Source: a virus
Lineage: Duplodnaviria > Caudoviricetes
Strand: one strand, 5' to 3'
Length of the DNA: 62,650 bases
Virus record (IMG/VR): IMGVR_UViG_3300020044_006256
Span: 1 to 62,650 of that record
The notes under the pieces are model-generated. The model had not been told where the DNA came from and did no database searches. It was given only the letters and a program-made list of their open reading frames with translations. The translations under genes and the position numbers were made by a program. Positions 1-9,169 of this stretch are shown one piece after another (the first letter of the stretch is position 1; every line of letters begins with the position of its first letter).

Positions 1-121
1 TATTAAAGGTATATCGTCAGTAGTAGCAAAATAATAACCTCCACTTGGTTTATTTGGCAATTCAAATTGTGGATTTTCGCCATTTTCTATAAATGTTGCT
101 AATATAAGAGCTTCACCACCA
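1..121 (+). repeat. Exact repeat of 30213-30333
   Basis: TATTAAAGGTATATCGTCAG...CTTCACCACCA identical in both places; diverges at 122/30334. Confidence 0.95.
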
Positions 122-867
122 TCCATTGATGGTGCTTTTAATCTTATTGCTCCACTATCTAATTTTACATAACCATTAGTTTCGTCATTATCAAAATAAG
201 TAGATATTATATTTCCTTTTACTTTTATTTCATTTGTAGTTTCATTTCCGCTATCAGTTACTTGTTGAAGTGTTTGAACTTCATTTCGTAATAACTCCCA
301 AACTGCATTGTCAGTTGTTGCATCAGTACAAATATATAAATCTCCATTATCTAATAACCATCTAGAATCAACATAAAATCCTTTTGTTGTATCATCAGTT
401 GCAGATGGTGTAATATCAAAATTATAACGTACTTCACGAATAGCATTTCCATTGCCATTCATTACATATTGTCTACCAGCTTCCCACTTTAATTCGTAAC
501 CTACTCCGCAAATTTGAGCAATACCTTTTGAGCCACCATTTCCAGCATCAATAGTTCCCTCTCTTAATCTTGATGCGTTATCTAATAATACACCACCTCC
601 AGCACCAAATATTACTTCTGCATCATTAATTAACTGGATATCATTTGTAGTAGTATTTCCTAAATCAGTTACCTCTTGTAAATTTTGACTACCACCACCA
701 CCGCTAATTGTGTTTACGTTTATAGTAATCAAATTAGGAGTAATATTAAAGTCTATATTGTCAACTGCTGGGTTTAAAGTAACTACTACATTGTCAACTG
801 TAGTGGTTACTGTAATATCAATAGTCTCAATAGTAGGAAATATATTTAAGTCAATTATATCTGCCAT
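1..867 (-). CDS. Phage A tail fibre, N-terminal part (runs off the window and continues in the shared segment at 30212)
   Basis: Own translation MADIIDLNIFPTIETIDITV...GTIDAGNGGSKGIAQICGVGYELKWEAGR...TTDDIPLI, homologous to 28935..31004; absent from the ORF track because it is open at the edge. Confidence 0.85.
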   Translation of the reverse strand, partial: MADIIDLNIFPTIETIDITVTTTVDNVVVTLNPAVDNIDFNITPNLITINVNTISGGGGSQNLQEVTDLGNTTTNDIQLINDAEVIFGAGGGVLLDNASRLREGTIDAGNGGSKGIAQICGVGYELKWEAGRQYVMNGNGNAIREVRYNFDITPSATDDTTKGFYVDSRWLLDNGDLYICTDATTDNAVWELLRNEVQTLQQVTDSGNETTNEIKVKGNIISTYFDNDETNGYVKLDSGAIRLKAPSMDGGEALILATFIENGENPQFELPNKPSGGYYFATTDDIPLI

Positions 868-868
868 C

Positions 869-1204
869 TTATCTTGTTATATCGCAAAGAATTAAAAATG
901 AACCACTTAACCAAGTCTTGACTGTATTGTCAGCAAAACGTATTTCTAAATCATAAGAGTAATTCCCAGCAGCAATATCTATTATCTGCTTATTAATCTT
1001 AAATAAGCCATCTAAGGCATTAGTTATTGTAATACCAGCACTTGCTACAGATGTCAAAGATAAAGCAACCAAGCCTCCGCATTCGCTTCTTAACTGCATT
1101 CTAATTACTGCACCAGTTAAATCTATTGGCACTGTATTTAAAAGTATCTCAAATGGTACTTGGTCAAATGTATCTCCTTTTATATGTGTAAAATTGTAAC
1201 TCAT
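869..1204 (-). CDS. BppU-N-like tail fibre attachment/baseplate protein
   Basis: KGDTF...PIDLTGAVIRMQLR...YSYDLEI pattern; directly upstream of the tail fibre. Confidence 0.55.
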   Translation of the reverse strand: MSYNFTHIKGDTFDQVPFEILLNTVPIDLTGAVIRMQLRSECGGLVALSLTSVASAGITITNALDGLFKINKQIIDIAAGNYSYDLEIRFADNTVKTWLSGSFLILCDITR

Positions 1205-1296
1205 TTCTTTTTAGTTTGTTTGCTTAAATATTCCTTTACCTTTTGGATATTTTCTTTTTTTATCTTGTACGCTATAAATTTGTTTTTCTCTTTCAT
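1201..1296 (-). CDS. Small basic protein (31 aa)
   Basis: MKEKNKFIAYKIKKENIQKVKEYLSKQTKKK fills the gap with ATGA overlaps at both ends. Confidence 0.45.
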   Translation of the reverse strand: MKEKNKFIAYKIKKENIQKVKEYLSKQTKKK

Positions 1297-1796
1297 AGTA
1301 CCCAGTTACAAGGTGTGGCTTTTTGGTCTGGAAACATATCTGCGTTTCTATTGGTCCAATATTCTGGAAACATAGATGCAGCAAATACTCCCATATAGTC
1401 AATAAATCTACTTGCATAAAAGTCTGCAAATGTTCTATGCTTCTGTACTAAGATATCTAACTCCTCTTTGCTTGGTGTTTCCGAGTTTTCACTACGATGT
1501 TTAAATACTCCTCCGTTACGGATCTGGTAATTAGCAAATGGAAGATAATCAATCATAGCAAAATGTATTAACATAGGTTGCACATAGTCTTTTACTAATG
1601 CCAAATAATCTCCGCTTAGAGTATTGGTATATATTTTATCTGTGATAGTATTGTACAACTGAGTACCTAAATAATTCTGTAAATGCATCTGCTGAGCAAT
1701 CTTAATAAACTGCATAAATAAGTCTGCATCTACATTACCATTCAAGATAGTGTTTGCTTTTAAGTCTGTCTGTGTTATAAATAGTATTGTTGCCAT
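1293..1796 (-). CDS. Head-tail adaptor/connector protein
   Basis: Follows portal; orthologue of 31575..32081 (TILNGNVD vs TILGGNVD, NGGVFKH vs NGGLFKH). Confidence 0.6.
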   Translation of the reverse strand: MATILFITQTDLKANTILNGNVDADLFMQFIKIAQQMHLQNYLGTQLYNTITDKIYTNTLSGDYLALVKDYVQPMLIHFAMIDYLPFANYQIRNGGVFKHRSENSETPSKEELDILVQKHRTFADFYASRFIDYMGVFAASMFPEYWTNRNADMFPDQKATPCNWVL

Positions 1797-1799
1797 CTC

Positions 1800-3698
1800 T
1801 TATTTGTTTTTTGCTATCCATTCTGGATGATGTCCATTGTATGGCATATCTATTGGTGCTACTACTGCATCATTTAAACCCGCTGGTGTTGGATTGTATC
1901 CATCTATACTTGCAACCTCTTCACTAGATGACAAAGATTTGTCTGCATATGGTGTACCATCTGTTTTAGTCTTCAATCTGTATAGGTTTTCATTCCAAAT
2001 ATGCCCACAATTTACTCCGCCTTTAAATCTGAATAAAGAATAGTTTTCTCCATTATGTCCAAATTCGTTATTTACACCGGTAAACGAAGCCATATCTATA
2101 TCCTCCTTGCGATATACTACTCCAGATGCAGTTCTTGCCATCATATTAACGCAAAATGACCTAGAATTGCTACTGCTATATTTCTCTGCATATTCATATC
2201 TAACTTTATAAAGATTCTCATCTAAATAACTTGCTTCGCTTGGCTTACTTTTAATAAAACCACCAAGTTTTGTCTCCTCTTTTGCAGTAATATTTGATTT
2301 TGCCCACTCTTTTATCTCACTATTTCCCTCGTCAAACTCTCTTTTGTCTACTAGTTCCCATTCATCTGTCACTACTTCCCCATTAAAAGAGTTAATATCA
2401 AAGCATTCGTGGTCTTCACTTAATGTTTGTTGTGGTACTACTTGCTGAATCGATGCTTTTAAGCCTACCAGAGACCTAATTTCGTCAGCAGTCATACTCT
2501 CAAGTACCTTATTTGCTACTAGTGGACTTAATGAATTAATACCATCTATAATTGTAGTTGATTTTTCAGAGATAGTCAACTCATTTGTGGCATCTAATGG
2601 TTGTAAAGTTTTGAAATAAAGGTTTAAATTGATATCATTATACGCTAGTATAGTATCAAAGTACTTTATTAGTAAATTTTGAAATGGTTTTATTACTGTA
2701 TTCTGCATTAAAATAGTTGCAGTCTGTAACTCATCTGCATTATTACCAAATCCGCTATTATCTTTGATGCCTAATAGCATTGGCGAGATTACTCGATGTG
2801 CTACCATTATCTTTCTCATAGACTCATCACTCAAAAATTGGTATTGGTTATGTGCATCCGATAATTGTACTGGAGTAATAGTTGCACCATAGTCATTAGA
2901 GTCATTAAAAGATAAAATGAATCTACCAGCGTTTGAAGTTCCAGAAAACTTTTGGGTTATACTTCTCTCAATATCTCTTTGCTCATCCTCTGTAGGAGTT
3001 CCATTGTTGAAATTAATTAACATACTAGGAGCAAGACCATTCATAATATTGTTAAGATGGTAATTGCTTATTTCCTCCTCTAATTCGCAGTACTGCAATC
3101 CTCCTTGCCAATCTGGTGGTGAGTAATAATAAAATCCAGTTTTGTATGGTTTTATGTATAGTATCTCTTCTTGCTCATTACTTGTTCCAAATGCTGGAAT
3201 TGGTGTTGGTGGATATTGTCTAGTTACCTTTGTCCAATCGTCAGAATAAAAATAAAATTCAACATCTCCATCCTCATTGCATTTTCCGCTTCTTAAAGTT
3301 TCAACTGGAAAATGGTTTACCTCTACAATTCTGCTTCTATCAATAGAATAAACAACTTGAATAGCACATTGTCCCATTGCTTTTAAATCATAGCACAATC
3401 TCTCTGTTGTATTGTCATCAAATAATAACATTGCTTGTGCATAGTCTTCTGGCTTAATTTGTGCATCTGTAGAATCTAAACCTTGCCCAAATATCATTTG
3501 ACTAATTCCGTTTATAATAGCATTGTTGGTTGGACTACCATTAATTCTGTCTTGAATGTACCCAAAATAATTATTATCCTCTCCATATGAAATCCATTCT
3601 TGGTTTCTTACTTCTAATATTTTTGGACTCGTGTATGTAGCTAAACTGACTACACCAATTCCAGTATTTTTAGGTTTTATTTCTGCTTTTTTTCTCAT
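1800..3698 (-). CDS. Portal protein with C-terminal Cys/His (MuF-like) extension
   Basis: Portal-like core (GSPTNNAII, AHRVISPMLLGIKD, GFGNNADEL); C-terminal SRSFC...KGGVNCGHIW; orthologue of 32086..33708. Confidence 0.8.
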   Translation of the reverse strand: MRKKAEIKPKNTGIGVVSLATYTSPKILEVRNQEWISYGEDNNYFGYIQDRINGSPTNNAIINGISQMIFGQGLDSTDAQIKPEDYAQAMLLFDDNTTERLCYDLKAMGQCAIQVVYSIDRSRIVEVNHFPVETLRSGKCNEDGDVEFYFYSDDWTKVTRQYPPTPIPAFGTSNEQEEILYIKPYKTGFYYYSPPDWQGGLQYCELEEEISNYHLNNIMNGLAPSMLINFNNGTPTEDEQRDIERSITQKFSGTSNAGRFILSFNDSNDYGATITPVQLSDAHNQYQFLSDESMRKIMVAHRVISPMLLGIKDNSGFGNNADELQTATILMQNTVIKPFQNLLIKYFDTILAYNDINLNLYFKTLQPLDATNELTISEKSTTIIDGINSLSPLVANKVLESMTADEIRSLVGLKASIQQVVPQQTLSEDHECFDINSFNGEVVTDEWELVDKREFDEGNSEIKEWAKSNITAKEETKLGGFIKSKPSEASYLDENLYKVRYEYAEKYSSSNSRSFCVNMMARTASGVVYRKEDIDMASFTGVNNEFGHNGENYSLFRFKGGVNCGHIWNENLYRLKTKTDGTPYADKSLSSSEEVASIDGYNPTPAGLNDAVVAPIDMPYNGHHPEWIAKNK

Positions 3699-3699
3699 A

Positions 3700-4053
3700 T
3701 TATTGGATAACGATATAATCGTTGTTATAAGTTTCTATTGCTAGATATTTATTATTGTTTATTGAGTAGTTTTCAATGCTCTGGTTTGTAGAAAATAGTC
3801 TGTCCTTATACAATATATCACTAGATGCATTTAGTACGCTTAATTCAAAGAATCCAGCCTCGTATAAACAGTCTAATTCAGCATCTATGTAGACTAAATC
3901 AAATACATTTGGATATACTTGTGTTGGTGTATAGTCAAGAGATACATTTGTTTGCTCATCTCTTACTCTTAAAGTTAAGATATCGCCATCAATATACCCT
4001 CTTGGAATAGTTATAAAAGTCTGTGTTGTGTTATCTTGGTTTACTACTGTCAT
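3700..4053 (-). CDS. Virion structural protein (head closure-like)
   Basis: Start moved to ATG 4053 (MTVVNQD) to match B orthologue MNVVNPN and to lie downstream of the late promoter. Confidence 0.6.
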   Translation of the reverse strand: MTVVNQDNTTQTFITIPRGYIDGDILTLRVRDEQTNVSLDYTPTQVYPNVFDLVYIDAELDCLYEAGFFELSVLNASSDILYKDRLFSTNQSIENYSINNNKYLAIETYNNDYIVIQ

Positions 4054-4058
4054 AGATA

Positions 4059-4085
4059 TATAACGCATTAATTTATTTTTTTGCA
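4059..4085 (-). promoter_or_regulatory. Phage A late promoter TGCAAA-N14-CGTTATA
   Basis: Same motif and spacing at 6304-6330 and 7099-7125. Confidence 0.65.
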
Positions 4086-4088
4086 AAT

Positions 4089-4120
4089 AAAAAAAGGGAC
4101 TGAAAAAATCAATCCCTTTC
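4089..4120 (-). terminator. Intrinsic terminator after tail tube gene
   Basis: AAAGGGATTGA-loop-TCAGTCCCTTT followed by T run on the minus strand. Confidence 0.7.
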
Positions 4121-4151
4121 TATACCAAAGATACCTCTATAGCTGCTTACC

Positions 4152-4676
4152 TTATGGTGTTATCTGAGTTGGTGATGCGTGTGCAGTCACTACTCCAGCA
4201 GATACAAATGGTGCAAGAATAGGCTCTTCGCCAGTAATTGTCAAAGTATATCCATTCATATCTCCTAATGCAGTACCAGTTGATACGCTTCCATTGATAT
4301 TACACCCTCTTGTCAAACCTACTGCAAAGTAATTTCCATTGTTATCCTCAACAAATACGTGTGGTCTTTGAGAAATCATCTTTTGCAATTCAACTTGTGT
4401 TGCAACATCTATTTTTGTTAATACGGCAGTAACAGTCTGACCATAAAAAGTAGTACCATTCTCATCACTAGATGTAATAGTTTGCTCCAAATTATTTCCT
4501 CCTTTTACATCGTATTTATACCAGTTTGTACCAGAGCCACTAACCGCAGTTAATGTTCCAGCAGTTATTGTCAATGTACCTAGTGTACCATAGTCAGCAA
4601 AGTAAACTGTTCTAATCCCACCGACTACGTCCTTACACGGTAACTTCCGGCCAGTAGCCATTAAGCAAGTACTCAT
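4152..4676 (-). CDS. Major tail (tube) protein-like
   Basis: CKDVVGGI...NGTTFY.QT...VEDNNG...GDMNGYTLT; follows capsid gene; orthologue of 34091..34603. Confidence 0.6.
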   Translation of the reverse strand: MSTCLMATGRKLPCKDVVGGIRTVYFADYGTLGTLTITAGTLTAVSGSGTNWYKYDVKGGNNLEQTITSSDENGTTFYGQTVTAVLTKIDVATQVELQKMISQRPHVFVEDNNGNYFAVGLTRGCNINGSVSTGTALGDMNGYTLTITGEEPILAPFVSAGVVTAHASPTQITP

Positions 4677-4737
4677 ATTTTTTTTATTTAAAAGTTAATA
4701 AATAGCCTCCCCTATTACAGAGAGGCATTTAATTTAA

Positions 4738-5649
4738 TTATGCTATTCCGTAAGTAACAGAGTCAGCACCAATTCCTACTTGGATACCTCTTGTAAATCT
4801 TGCGATAAATCTAACATTTTTGCTTCCGTCGATGTCTGCCATATCAATCGTTTTGATTACGTTAGCATCATCAGCTAAACCGAATCCAACAAATAAGTTA
4901 GAAATTTCAGCAGCAACCATTGTGTTAGCTGGTAAACCATTTGCAACAAATACAGTAACACCATCAAATGTCAACTCTCCACCATTGTACCAAGTTGTTC
5001 CGTTAGCACCAACCCCAGCATTTGAAGTTGCAGCAACACTAAATCCACCTAATGCTCTTACGTATGCTTTTGCTACGTTTTGAGATACATAGATTCTCAA
5101 GTCTTCTGAGCCATATAATGCAGCTGGAATTCCATCTACTACTCTTCCCATCTCTGCGATTACGTTTGCAGATGTAATAGTCAAAGGAGTAGCAATTACA
5201 GTTGCTCCATCAGTTTTAAGCAATTTACCTAAACCATTTGTAGCATTCCACAAGAAAGTTTCAGTATCTAATGCGATGTCTTTCAACATTTTTGCAATAA
5301 AGAAATCAGAGAAAGTTGTAGGTAAGTTATCGTAAGCAGAATATCCCATTGCTACTGCTTCCCAATCTTGTTGGAATGGAGTTTTACAAAGTTGTAAGTT
5401 TACTTGTTTTTCTGCAACTGTAAGAACTTTGTCAGATAAAGTAACTACACCAGCATCAGTAAAATCACAAGTTGCATCTGCAACAATTCCAGAGTTTACT
5501 AATTTTTTGATGTTAGTTTTGTATTTCACATTTGGAATTAAAGTAACTCCATTGTTTGCGATTGTGTTCGCACTTAATACCGCAGCAGCGATATATTTAC
5601 CAGCGAATTCACCAGCGTAGTTTGTTGTAATTGTAGGTTGATTAGCCAT
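4738..5649 (-). CDS. Major capsid protein
   Basis: 303 aa following protease and scaffold; homologous to 34669..35685; hairpin downstream at ~4704-4726. Confidence 0.8.
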   Translation of the reverse strand: MANQPTITTNYAGEFAGKYIAAAVLSANTIANNGVTLIPNVKYKTNIKKLVNSGIVADATCDFTDAGVVTLSDKVLTVAEKQVNLQLCKTPFQQDWEAVAMGYSAYDNLPTTFSDFFIAKMLKDIALDTETFLWNATNGLGKLLKTDGATVIATPLTITSANVIAEMGRVVDGIPAALYGSEDLRIYVSQNVAKAYVRALGGFSVAATSNAGVGANGTTWYNGGELTFDGVTVFVANGLPANTMVAAEISNLFVGFGLADDANVIKTIDMADIDGSKNVRFIARFTRGIQVGIGADSVTYGIA

Positions 5650-5681
5650 TTTTTATTTTTTTAAGTTTTATTTTTAATTAA

Positions 5682-6278
5682 TTATTTTGACAATGCTGCC
5701 ATAATTCTTGCTTCAGTTCCAGATAAATTTTTTCCAGTATTAGTTTTTCCTAAATTTACTTTTGCCTCTGCTGGTTTGTGTGTTAATGGTTTTTTAGCAG
5801 TAACGCTTGAAAGAGTTTCTTTCATCTCTGTTTGTCCTCCCATACAAGCATCAATTTTGGCTTGTAGTTCATCCATTTTTGGTTGTAGTGTTTCCATTAC
5901 TTTCAATAGAATTTCCTCTAATGTAGTTGGTACTGCTTCCAATTCAACTTCTGTCTCTGGTGCAACCTCTTCTGTTGCTTCCTCTACAACTTCTGCTTCT
6001 GGCTCTGCTGACATTTCAGTTTCCCCAACTTCTGCAACTGCTGCAGCGATTTCTCCAATAGTACCGATTTCATACACCTCAAGAGTATTGCCATCAGCCA
6101 TCAAGTAACTTCCAATTTCTAATGGTTGTCTGTTATCTCCATCAATAGCAAAAATAGGTTGCCCTACTTCAAAACTATCTGCTTCGATTACAGTACCATT
6201 ATCCAGAGTCTGTTGCTCTAACTTCACATTTCTATGAAGTAACGCATTTATGCGTGATAAGATTTCTGTGTTTTTCAT
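5682..6278 (-). CDS. Capsid scaffold protein
   Basis: Acidic, PLEIGSYLMADG motif; matches the C-terminal half of B 35701..36801. Confidence 0.65.
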   Translation of the reverse strand: MKNTEILSRINALLHRNVKLEQQTLDNGTVIEADSFEVGQPIFAIDGDNRQPLEIGSYLMADGNTLEVYEIGTIGEIAAAVAEVGETEMSAEPEAEVVEEATEEVAPETEVELEAVPTTLEEILLKVMETLQPKMDELQAKIDACMGGQTEMKETLSSVTAKKPLTHKPAEAKVNLGKTNTGKNLSGTEARIMAALSK

Positions 6279-6303
6279 ATTTATAATTTATTAATTCTTA
6301 ACA

Positions 6304-6330
6304 TATAACGAATGTCAAATTTATTTTGCA
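6304..6330 (-). promoter_or_regulatory. Phage A late promoter TGCAAA-N14-CGTTATA
   Basis: Repeated motif upstream of scaffold and capsid genes. Confidence 0.65.
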
Positions 6331-6336
6331 TTTTCA

Positions 6337-6486
6337 TTATGCTCTTTTATATATAGGTCCAATTCCTTGTGCTGGTAATGAGCCATCGCAACATTTTCTA
6401 GAATATGTATTGTCTGGACATAAACAACCTCTTTTGTCTGTCTTTGGACTTGTTCTGCTAGGTGTTCTAAAATCTTTATTTGCCAT
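6337..6486 (-). CDS. Small Cys-rich protein (49 aa)
   Basis: Own translation MANKDFRTPSRTSPKTDKRGCLCPDNTYSRKCCDGSLPAQGIGPIYKRA; fills the protease-scaffold gap. Confidence 0.7.
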   Translation of the reverse strand: MANKDFRTPSRTSPKTDKRGCLCPDNTYSRKCCDGSLPAQGIGPIYKRA

Positions 6487-7093
6487 AATTTAATAAAGTT
6501 TGTATTTCTAATAAATCTAATCCAGCTAATATTTCACTTTCTGTATCATCTATTTTTGATAGTGGAGTCTTTGCCTTATCTGCAAAATAACCCTCAATAC
6601 TAAATCCTTTTACTTTTCCAGTTTTAATAAAGTCATTCCAGATTACATCGTTATTTACTTTAATTGTACCCATCCAAGTTCCTACTGGCACATTCAAATT
6701 ATACAGATTGCTTTTGTCCTTTTCCATATCCTCAACAATCCAACTCTCTACCATAGTCAATCCAGTAACTGACTCCATATGTTCAAAAGTTGCATTTGAT
6801 TGGTTACCATTTTGAAAAAATAACTCCATACATTTTCTTATAGTGTCTTGGCTAAAATAAATGTAATACTCTCCCTCTTGCTCATCTCTTCTGTAGATAG
6901 GTTTATCTGGTACAAGCATTGCACCCATTATGATTTTCTTTTCCTTGTCTACTTCTGCAAATTTGTACTCTTTTGGTTGCTCATCTTTTAATGCAATCCA
7001 ATTCTCTTCAATGGCTGGATTCTCCACAATAGATATTGCATCTATTCCAGAAAGTTCCATTGTGTCATCAATTATAAGTTCGATTATTTTCAT
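6476..7093 (-). CDS. Prohead protease (XkdF-like)
   Basis: AISIVENPAIE, PDKPIYR, TFEH, VESW, GTW, KGFSIEG motifs. Confidence 0.8.
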   Translation of the reverse strand: MKIIELIIDDTMELSGIDAISIVENPAIEENWIALKDEQPKEYKFAEVDKEKKIIMGAMLVPDKPIYRRDEQEGEYYIYFSQDTIRKCMELFFQNGNQSNATFEHMESVTGLTMVESWIVEDMEKDKSNLYNLNVPVGTWMGTIKVNNDVIWNDFIKTGKVKGFSIEGYFADKAKTPLSKIDDTESEILAGLDLLEIQTLLNYGK

Positions 7094-7098
7094 TTCTT

Positions 7099-7125
7099 TA
7101 TAACGTGTTTAATTAATTATTTGCA
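7099..7125 (-). promoter_or_regulatory. Phage A late promoter TGCAAA-N14-CGTTATA
   Basis: Repeated motif immediately upstream of the protease ATG. Confidence 0.65.
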
Positions 7126-7127
7126 TT

Positions 7128-9032
7128 TTAACCTAGTGTTGCATTCTGTACTATGCCTCTGTTTAAAGATTGCTGAGTACTTACGTCTCCACCAACTACG
7201 AATGCTTTTAAAGGTTGCGTTTCTCTTCCTCCAATGCTCTCTGCGATTTGATTTGCACCGCTTGGACCTACTACGTTAAATGTTGGTGCAGCAGCTGGGA
7301 CAGCCCCACCGCCTCCAGATGCAGCACCTCCACCTCCTCCACCACCTCCTCCAGAAAGTAATGCTTTTGCTCTTGCTAAGTTTGCTAATATAGTAGCACT
7401 TCCACTTGCATAGAATGCTATCTTAGTAGCCAAGTATGTTGCTGGTGCTGCTGGTGGTGGTACTCCAGTAGCTGCACCCGCTGCACTTGTCTCTGTTCCT
7501 TGCATCATCTTTGAAAATGCTATAGCACTATCTGCACCGATTTGAACTAATGCCAATGCTTTCATAGCAGATTGTCCAGCCTTGCCTCTTGCTAATCCAG
7601 TTGCTTGAATAGATGATAGTAATTGCTCTCCGCTTTGTGCTATGCTTCCAATTGCTTCTGTTGTATCTTGAAAGTTTTGTAATTTTCTTTGTCTTGCCTC
7701 TTCATCTCTTGCATCTCTTTCGTATTGACTATCGTATTGAAGTTGTGTAATTGCTAATTGGTGTGCTTGTTCTCTTGCTAACTCATCCTCTTTATATTTA
7801 GCGTCTATATACGCTTTGTTTTCTAGTCCAGTTGTGTCTGGTGCTTCTGGCTCTTGTTCTGCTAAAGTCTTATTATATTTGTCGCTTAACTCTTTTAATT
7901 TTTTCTTTTTTTCCTCTTCAGTTAATACTGAGTCTTGTGCTGCTTTTTTATCAATAGCATTTTTTCCTAATTGGTAACCAGCTCTATCGTTTAATAATTT
8001 ATTAATTGTGTCTTGAGATGCTTTTACAGTTGCCTCGCCATCTTTTTTTACTTTGTTTGGATCGAATGCTAACTTAGCTAAATAATCTACCGCTTGGTTT
8101 CCAAACTTCTCATCGATATTATATTTTATATCTATGCTTGGAATCTTATTTAATAATCCTATGACTTTGTTAATTGCTGCTGCACCATTCTCATATAAAA
8201 ATCTAATCGGCATAGAGACAAATTCGATATAAGATTTTAGCATCTCATAATTTCTTTGTGCTCCCTCTACTGCTAGTTTTGTATTTAGTTTTTGATTCTC
8301 TTGGTTTATTTTATTTGCAGCGATAGCTTCGTCAGTCTGTTTTATTTTAATGTCTAAAATTTCTTTCTCTGACTTGCCTTGCAGTTTTAAAATATTGTCT
8401 TGGTTACCTATAGTTTTTAGTTTCTCATTCTCTTGGTCTACATTTTTCTGACTTGCTGCATTAAGTTTCTTTTGCTCTTCACTTACTCCACTTACTGCAC
8501 ATTTGATGTCATCCCAATACGCATAAACTGCTCCTAAGGCTACAACTAATAAACCAATACCAGAACTACCTATTGCAGTTTTTATTCCATTAAACGCATC
8601 AATAGCTACGGCTTTAAGTTGCTTAAAACTGTCTCTGGCTTCTCCTAGTGCTTGGACTCCTTGAGCAATAGCCATAGCAGACTGAACTTTTAAAAGTTGT
8701 TTCTCTAAGTCCTTAGACTCAACCCCAGCCAATCCCATAGCACCTTGATACGCAGCAAATCCTCCCGCTACTCCAGAGAGTGATGCACTTAAAGACTTGA
8801 ACTTTGCATCTGGATTAAATGCCTCTGTTAATGTTTTGGCATCTCCTATCCTATCCTTTAGTTGTGCTGCTGCTTTAGCTGCATTTACGGCCTCTGTTGA
8901 TGTTGCACCAAACTTATCTGATAAGGTTTGTACTTCTGCTTGTGCTTGTCTTAATTGACTCTTTAAACTACCTAGAGACTTGTCTGCTTGTTCAGCATTT
9001 ACGTTTAAATTAATGTCTATTTCTTGTGCCAT
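7128..9032 (-). CDS. Tail tape measure protein
   Basis: Ala/Gly/Gln-rich coiled coil with hydrophobic GIGLLVVALG segment; orthologue of 36846..38429. Confidence 0.75.
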   Translation of the reverse strand: MAQEIDINLNVNAEQADKSLGSLKSQLRQAQAEVQTLSDKFGATSTEAVNAAKAAAQLKDRIGDAKTLTEAFNPDAKFKSLSASLSGVAGGFAAYQGAMGLAGVESKDLEKQLLKVQSAMAIAQGVQALGEARDSFKQLKAVAIDAFNGIKTAIGSSGIGLLVVALGAVYAYWDDIKCAVSGVSEEQKKLNAASQKNVDQENEKLKTIGNQDNILKLQGKSEKEILDIKIKQTDEAIAANKINQENQKLNTKLAVEGAQRNYEMLKSYIEFVSMPIRFLYENGAAAINKVIGLLNKIPSIDIKYNIDEKFGNQAVDYLAKLAFDPNKVKKDGEATVKASQDTINKLLNDRAGYQLGKNAIDKKAAQDSVLTEEEKKKKLKELSDKYNKTLAEQEPEAPDTTGLENKAYIDAKYKEDELAREQAHQLAITQLQYDSQYERDARDEEARQRKLQNFQDTTEAIGSIAQSGEQLLSSIQATGLARGKAGQSAMKALALVQIGADSAIAFSKMMQGTETSAAGAATGVPPPAAPATYLATKIAFYASGSATILANLARAKALLSGGGGGGGGGAASGGGGAVPAAAPTFNVVGPSGANQIAESIGGRETQPLKAFVVGGDVSTQQSLNRGIVQNATLG

Positions 9033-9169
9033 TTCAGTAGTCTGTTATGTTGTTTAAATGCTTCCATCCAAGTCTCTGGATGTTTGTTTTTTCCCTTTGC
9101 TATTTCTATCAGTTCACTCTCTGCGTAATGCTTATCCGATTTCAATAAGTTTAATATTTGTTCTATCAT
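9017..9169 (-). CDS. Small conserved protein (50 aa)
   Basis: MIEQILNLL...IEIAKGK; conserved in B at 38408..38560. Confidence 0.7.
   Translation of the reverse strand: MIEQILNLLKSDKHYAESELIEIAKGKNKHPETWMEAFKQHNRLLKWHKK

Noticed and set aside
1211-1429. 72 aa minus-strand ORF
   Set aside because: Largely overlaps the adaptor gene in another frame; the 31 aa ORF 1201..1296 tiles the gap better.
4054-4086. ORF-track upstream starts at 4086, 25072, 34027, 43649 and 51975
   Set aside because: They run through promoter motifs, another gene or the origin-like repeat; orthologue alignment or signal peptide position supports the downstream ATGs.
7290-7350. GC-rich CCTCCACCT-type repeats
   Set aside because: Simply encode the poly-Gly linker of the tape measure protein, also present in B.
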